From an uncultured bacterium (lineage in GTDB: Bacteria; Chloroflexota; UBA5177; JANWHV01): a stretch of 64,000 nucleotides of DNA. The notes under the pieces were generated by a model. It was not told the origin of the DNA and did not search any database. It saw only the letters and a program-made list of their open reading frames with translations. The stretch spans positions 480,001 to 544,000 of the forward strand of contig CAVSOU010000007.1 of assembly GCA_963729625.1 (NCBI GenBank), given 5' to 3'. Each line of letters starts with the position of its first letter. Within the stretch, counting starts at the first letter, position 1. The position numbers were made by a program, and so were the translations under genes. This document shows positions 59,020 through 64,000 of the stretch, in pieces.

Positions 59020-60672
59020 TCACGGCGCCGTACCCGCGGCCGGGGCATCCGATGGGTCCGCGAGCGTGCTTTCGCCGTCGGCAGGCTGGCCCTGCCGATC
59101 GAGCAGCCGAGGCAAAGTGACCACGAATCGAGTCCACCCATCGTCGCCGCTGCGGGCCTCGACAGTGCCGCCGTGCGCCACCACGATCTCGCGGACGATG
59201 GCCAACCCCAGGCCGGTACCGCCGGTCTGCGCCGCCCGCGAATGGTCGGTCCGGTAGAAACGCTGAAAGACGCGGGTTAGGTCCTCGGCGGCGATGCCCG
59301 CTCCCGTGTTCGAGATGGTCAACGAGGTCGTGCTGCCGGACCCGACGCTGTGCAGCGCCACCGTTCCAGCCGAATCGCAGAACTTCACCGCGTTGTCCAG
59401 GAGATTCACGAGCATCTGTGTAAGTCGATCTGCGTCGCAGAAGACCATGAGGCTCCCGGCTGCGCGCTCGTCGCGGAAATGCAGCGCTGCGTGCGCCGGC
59501 AGCGTGGCGTAGCGCTCGAGAATCTTCCCGGCGAGCTGATTCACATCCAGCGTTTCGCGTCGCAGCGTGAGCTGGCCGGCCTCCAACTTCGACAGGTCTA
59601 GGAGATCCTGAGTCAACCGCTGAAGCCGTCGCGCCTCTTCGTTGATCACCTGCACCGCGCGCCGCTGCGTCGGGTCGGCGGCCACGCCGTCGCTGTCCGC
59701 TAGGATCTGGCTGAAGCCGACGAGGGACGTCAGCGGGGTCTTCAGGTCGTGCGAGACATTGGCAATGAACTGTCGCTGCATCTCGCGGGCAGAGCTCACC
59801 TCGCTGGCCATCTTATTGAAACTCTGCGCGAGGTGCCCGATCTCGTCGTCGCGCTCCTCATGCACGCGCTGGTTGTAGTCGCCCCGCGCCATCTTCTCCG
59901 AGGCCTGAGCGATGGACTGAATGGGCCGGGTGATGGCGCGCACGATGAGCAGCACGACCAGCATGGTCACCAGGAGCGCGAAGCCGACCGCCCTGGCCAG
60001 CTCAGGCACGAGGCTGCCGAACGCGCGCTGGTCGACTCCGCCCGGCGACTTGGCAACGACGATCGCGCGCACGAGGAGCGGCGGAGTGTAGCTTTGCATG
60101 AACGATGTACCCATGAGCGCCGCATATGAGGCAGAGAAGGACGCAGAGCACGCAGCGTAGTAGTAAGCGCCTCCGCCCGGCAGGCTACTCGCGTGCTGTA
60201 CTTGTTTGCAGCTGTTAGGCAAGCTGAGCACGACAGGCTGGGGCGATTCGCGGGTGACGTCGTCAAGTGTGCGGCAGTCCGTCTGCGGGTACAGACTGAC
60301 CAACGGCGAGGCCGAATCGGTATCGATAGCCACCTGGTCGCAATAGTCGGTGAGCAGGATCCGGAAGTCGTTCGCATGCGCCAGGGTGGTAAGCTGGCTG
60401 CGAAGGGCAGTGAGTGCCGCCAGCTCGCGTTGCGCGGAGTCCAGCGCCCCCTGTGATTGGGCGAAGCGGTTCAGGTCCCTCTTGACTTGCGCGAAGACTG
60501 ACGGCGCTGAGGTCAGGAGGTCAGACTGCACTTGCCTGGCATCGGATGCGCTGATTTGCCGCCAAAAGGCGGCGCCGGTGAGAATCGAACTGAGCAGCAG
60601 TACGCCAACGAATGCTACGAAGAGTCTGCTGCGCAGACTCACGAAGCGCGGGTGGGAGAAACGGCCGCTCAT
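59020..60672 (-). CDS. HAMP-domain sensor histidine kinase
   Basis: Two TMs; DEIGHLAQSFNKM, SHDLKTPL, NLLDNAVK, GTGLGL. Confidence 0.93.
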   Translation of the reverse strand: MSGRFSHPRFVSLRSRLFVAFVGVLLLSSILTGAAFWRQISASDARQVQSDLLTSAPSVFAQVKRDLNRFAQSQGALDSAQRELAALTALRSQLTTLAHANDFRILLTDYCDQVAIDTDSASPLVSLYPQTDCRTLDDVTRESPQPVVLSLPNSCKQVQHASSLPGGGAYYYAACSASFSASYAALMGTSFMQSYTPPLLVRAIVVAKSPGGVDQRAFGSLVPELARAVGFALLVTMLVVLLIVRAITRPIQSIAQASEKMARGDYNQRVHEERDDEIGHLAQSFNKMASEVSSAREMQRQFIANVSHDLKTPLTSLVGFSQILADSDGVAADPTQRRAVQVINEEARRLQRLTQDLLDLSKLEAGQLTLRRETLDVNQLAGKILERYATLPAHAALHFRDERAAGSLMVFCDADRLTQMLVNLLDNAVKFCDSAGTVALHSVGSGSTTSLTISNTGAGIAAEDLTRVFQRFYRTDHSRAAQTGGTGLGLAIVREIVVAHGGTVEARSGDDGWTRFVVTLPRLLDRQGQPADGESTLADPSDAPAAGTAP

Positions 60673-60676
60673 CGTA

Positions 60677-61372
60677 TCAATCGGGCTGCGGCGCCTCGAA
60701 CTTGTAGCCCACGCCCCAAACCGTACTGATCCACCCCGGCCCGCCGCCTGCAGCCTGCAATTTGTCGCGCACGTGCTGGACATGCACGTCTACGGTCCGG
60801 CTGAAGCCCTCGAAATCGTACCCCCACACAGTATTCAGCAGCTGCTCTCGGGTGAACACCTGGCCGGGGTACCGCGCCAAAGCCAACAGCAGGTCGAACT
60901 CCTTTGGCCTGAGCTCGACCGGCCGGCTTTCGACGCGCACTTCCCTTCGGTCGGGGTCCACGCGCAAGGCACCAAAGTCCAGAGCGCCTGACGGCCGTTC
61001 GGCGGTGGCCTGCACACGGCGCAACAGCGCCTTGACCCGCGCAACCAGCTCTTTTGGCTCGAACGGCTTGGTAAGGTAGTCGTCCGCGCCGAGCTCAAAT
61101 CCGACCACCTTGTCCACGATGTCGTCGCGCGCGGTGAGCATCAGGATCGGCACCATGCTGGTCTTGCGGATGGCGCGGCACACATCGGTGCCGGATATCC
61201 CCGGAAGCATGATATCAAGCACGACGAGCGCCGGCTTCACCCGGCCACACATTTCCAACGCTTGAGGTCCAGTTGCGGCGTGCTCGACCGAGTAGCCTTC
61301 GCGTGTCAGATAGTGGGCCACCAGCTCGCGAATATGGTCTTCGTCGTCGACGATCAGTACTGGTCCTGCCAT
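60677..61372 (-). CDS. OmpR/PhoB family response regulator
   Basis: LIVDDE, VLDIMLP, GADDYLTKPF, RTVDVHV, TVWGVGYKF. Confidence 0.96.
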   Translation of the reverse strand: MAGPVLIVDDEDHIRELVAHYLTREGYSVEHAATGPQALEMCGRVKPALVVLDIMLPGISGTDVCRAIRKTSMVPILMLTARDDIVDKVVGFELGADDYLTKPFEPKELVARVKALLRRVQATAERPSGALDFGALRVDPDRREVRVESRPVELRPKEFDLLLALARYPGQVFTREQLLNTVWGYDFEGFSRTVDVHVQHVRDKLQAAGGGPGWISTVWGVGYKFEAPQPD

Positions 61373-61613
61373 GCGCCTATCGTACCACGCCTCAGATCAA
61401 TGCGAAACGACGTCATCGACGCTCAGCTCCACGAGTCATCTCCGGTGGCCGACATGCCATCACACGTCAGCTCCGTTTGTTGCGATACGTTCTGGACGCC
61501 CCCTGCGATCGTGGTATCATTCCGGCTCCCCGTTGGGGATGCCTTCTGAAGGCCAGCAAGGTTGACACCTTCAGCATCCGGGCAGGGGCGGCGCGATACG
61601 GCAACTCCCCTGG

Positions 61614-62903
61614 CTAGGTCATCGTGTCATCCGCGCGCATCCAGGCCATCTGATTTCTGGATCGCCGTGTGCGCGGCATGACGAGCAGCATGCCGAACAC
61701 CACCAGAGCCAGGCCGAGGAGCTTCTTTGCCGTTATCGGCTCGCCGAGTTGCGGCGCGGCCAGCAACACCGTGATTACCGGCGTCAGCAGGGCATTGTAG
61801 CCGGTGCGCACCGTGCCCATGTGCCGCACCAGCCAGTTCGTGAGACCATATGCCACGCAACTGCAGAAGATCACGAGGAACGCGAAAGCGCTGAGGGTCT
61901 CCGGCGTCGGTTGCGACGGCATCCGATGCTCGAAGATGAGGCTCAGCACGAAGTTCAGGACGCCGGCGAGGAAGAGCTGCCACGCCGTGAGCACGAGCAG
62001 GTCGCCGGTGGCCACGCTGCGGCGCACCTGCTGGAAGCCAAGCGAATAGAGGAGCGCCGAGGCGGCGACGGCAAGCTCCGCCGCGAGCGCCGCGCCGCTC
62101 ATCCGCACGCCGCTACCGCCCAGGATTACCAGCGTCACCCCGGCGAAACCGGCTACCATGCCGGCTGCCGTCAAGGGGCTCTGTCCCTCGGACTCGTTGC
62201 CGATATTCAGCAGACTCAGGAATATCGGCTGCACACTCCAGACCAGGGTGAGCACGCTGACTTGCGCGTACTGGGCGCCCAGGAAGAAGGCGGTTGCCGG
62301 GATGCCGACGATTGTCATCGAGATGAACGTTACAATCGGGATGTCGCCGCGCTCCAGCCAGACACGCCCACCGCGCGCGCGGATGATCGCACCCAGCAGC
62401 AGGCCGGCAAGCGTGAACCGCATTCCCACGACCAGCATCGGCGGCTGGTTTGTTATGCCTACTTTTGTGGCCACCGGAAACTCGCCCCATATCGCGCACA
62501 ACGCAGCGAAACCGAGCGCGAGGGCCAGCGGGGACGACCCGCCGCCCAGATGGAGCGGCGATTCCGCACGCGATTCTCGCGATCTTCTCCGCCTGGGCAG
62601 CGCCGTCTCAGCGTCTCGCAGCGGGCGATCGGCCATACGCTGTTCTGCCGATCCTGGCGACTTCGCGTCCTGGCGCAGTGGTTCGAGCGTCCGGCTGGTT
62701 GCAGTTCGCGGTTCCTGGGCCGCCGCGTCGCGGACGTGTGGCTCTTGCTGCTCGGCCGGGTTCTGGGCCGGCGCGTCTGTCACAGGGCGTGGGTCGACGT
62801 GGGTGCCGGCCGCCGCGTGCGGCGCGGTCTGTCCCCCAGCCACCGGATAGGTCGCGCACCGTATGTCTGGCGCTGGCGGAGATGGTACCTGCGTTTCAGC
62901 CAT
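61614..62903 (-). CDS. EamA/DMT transporter with long disordered N-terminal extension
   Basis: About 120-aa Pro/Ala/Arg-rich N-terminus followed by ten TMs (IWG, P...GMRF, LGEP). Confidence 0.85.
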   Translation of the reverse strand: MAETQVPSPPAPDIRCATYPVAGGQTAPHAAAGTHVDPRPVTDAPAQNPAEQQEPHVRDAAAQEPRTATSRTLEPLRQDAKSPGSAEQRMADRPLRDAETALPRRRRSRESRAESPLHLGGGSSPLALALGFAALCAIWGEFPVATKVGITNQPPMLVVGMRFTLAGLLLGAIIRARGGRVWLERGDIPIVTFISMTIVGIPATAFFLGAQYAQVSVLTLVWSVQPIFLSLLNIGNESEGQSPLTAAGMVAGFAGVTLVILGGSGVRMSGAALAAELAVAASALLYSLGFQQVRRSVATGDLLVLTAWQLFLAGVLNFVLSLIFEHRMPSQPTPETLSAFAFLVIFCSCVAYGLTNWLVRHMGTVRTGYNALLTPVITVLLAAPQLGEPITAKKLLGLALVVFGMLLVMPRTRRSRNQMAWMRADDTMT

Positions 62904-62909
62904 GCGCTG

Positions 62910-63410
62910 TCAGCCGTGGCTCGCGCGGCTGATCAGTGCGACGGCTATGGCCGCGATACCTTCTTCACGGCCGACGAAACCCATGCGCTCGTTGGTTGTA
63001 GCCTTGACGCCCACCTGTTCCACCTCTATGCCGAGGGCCGCGGCGATGTTTGCCCGCATCGATTCCGCCACCGGGGCGATCGCAGGGCGCTCCGCGATAA
63101 GCGTGCTGTCCACGTTGCTTACGTGCCAGCCCTTCGCGTGCAACATACCGGCGACCCGCGCCAGCAACAGGGTGCTGGAGATGTCCTCGAACTGCGGATC
63201 GGTGGGAGGAAAGTGCCTGCCAATGTCGCCCAAGCTCGCCGCGCCTAGCAGCGCGTCGGCAATGGCGTGCAACAGTACGTCGGCGTCTGAGTGGCCGAGC
63301 AGACCGCGATGGTGCGCGAATTCTACGCCTCCGAGCACGAGCCGACGATCCTCGGCAAACGGGTGAACGTCGTACCCGAGACCCACGCGGAGGACTGGCA
63401 CGTCGCTCAT
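62910..63410 (-). CDS. ispF: 2-C-methyl-D-erythritol 2,4-cyclodiphosphate synthase
   Basis: RVGLGYDVH, GHSDADVLLHA, GDIG.HFP, KATTNE.MGF.GR.EG. Confidence 0.97.
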   Translation of the reverse strand: MSDVPVLRVGLGYDVHPFAEDRRLVLGGVEFAHHRGLLGHSDADVLLHAIADALLGAASLGDIGRHFPPTDPQFEDISSTLLLARVAGMLHAKGWHVSNVDSTLIAERPAIAPVAESMRANIAAALGIEVEQVGVKATTNERMGFVGREEGIAAIAVALISRASHG

Positions 63411-64000
63411 GACGCTGTACCCCGATGCGTGTCCCAGAGCGCGCGGACGACGGCAACATCGTCGACGGTCGTCACCTTCACGTTGGTGCGGTCGCCGAGA
63501 TAGGTGTACACGGGGTAACCGGCAAGCTCGAACACTTCCGCGTCGTCCGTGCAGGTCGAGCGCGCCTGTCCCACGCGCGCGTACGCTTCGACGAGCGGTT
63601 CCCAGGCGAAGATCTGCGGAGTTTGCGCGGCGTGAAGCGACGATCGCGCTGGGGTTGCCTCTACCTGTCCCGTTCCATCCACCACCTTGATCGTGTCGGT
63701 CACCGGCACGGCGGCCAGGGCTGCGCCGCGCTCGCGGGCCACCGCGATCCCTCGCGCAATCATGCTCTTGTCTATAAGGGGGCGCGCTCCGTCGTGGACA
63801 AGCACGATCTCGCAAGGCTCAAGCACTTGCAGCCCACAATAGACTGAGTCCTGCCTTGTATCTCCGCCGCGAACCCAACGGTTGACGCGACACCACGGTG
63901 GAAACGCGCGAAGAGGCGCCGCGCGCGCGATGGTTTCCGGTCCGGCCACCACGACCAACTGGCCGAGCCCTTCACAGCCGGCCGCGATCGCCGCGATCGT
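63407..64000 (-). CDS. ispD: 2-C-methyl-D-erythritol 4-phosphate cytidylyltransferase, 5'-partial
   Basis: GG.TRQDSV, VHDGARP, DTIK, QTPQ, TDDA, NVKVTT; frame open to the window end. Confidence 0.95.
   Translation of the reverse strand, partial: TIAAIAAGCEGLGQLVVVAGPETIARAAPLRAFPPWCRVNRWVRGGDTRQDSVYCGLQVLEPCEIVLVHDGARPLIDKSMIARGIAVARERGAALAAVPVTDTIKVVDGTGQVEATPARSSLHAAQTPQIFAWEPLVEAYARVGQARSTCTDDAEVFELAGYPVYTYLGDRTNVKVTTVDDVAVVRALWDTHRGTAS

Overview
GC-rich bacterial chromosome segment. The gene set (remA-like/gmk/rqcH, a Gram-positive-type SOS box, a choice-of-anchor-Q adhesin, a GT9 triplet) suggests a monoderm such as Chloroflexota; this is inference only. About 33.5-64 kb is mostly housekeeping: gmk, rqcH, recN, tRNA-Leu, ilvD, ahpC, citrate synthase, a two-component pair, ispF and ispD. 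About 4.6-33.3 kb is an accessory c-di-GMP signalling island containing two oppositely oriented paralogous modules. Each module places secreted proteins or peptides carrying a C-terminal Trp-Gly-Ser ('WGS') motif upstream of a multi-TM diguanylate cyclase/phosphodiesterase hybrid. The WGS carriers are a subtilase with an (ASWGS)x10 tail, two ~170-aa beta-rich proteins ending NWGS/GWGS, a ~60-aa precursor with CxxCH ending GWGS, and two decayed remnants. The second module continues into a MshEN-domain GT2 glycosyltransferase and a GT-C-like protein; a PilZ protein and two LacI-type sensor proteins lie nearby. Main hypothesis (untested): a WGS-peptide signalling system read by membrane diguanylate cyclases that controls surface polysaccharide synthesis. 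All domain calls come from motifs read by eye; no database searches were run.
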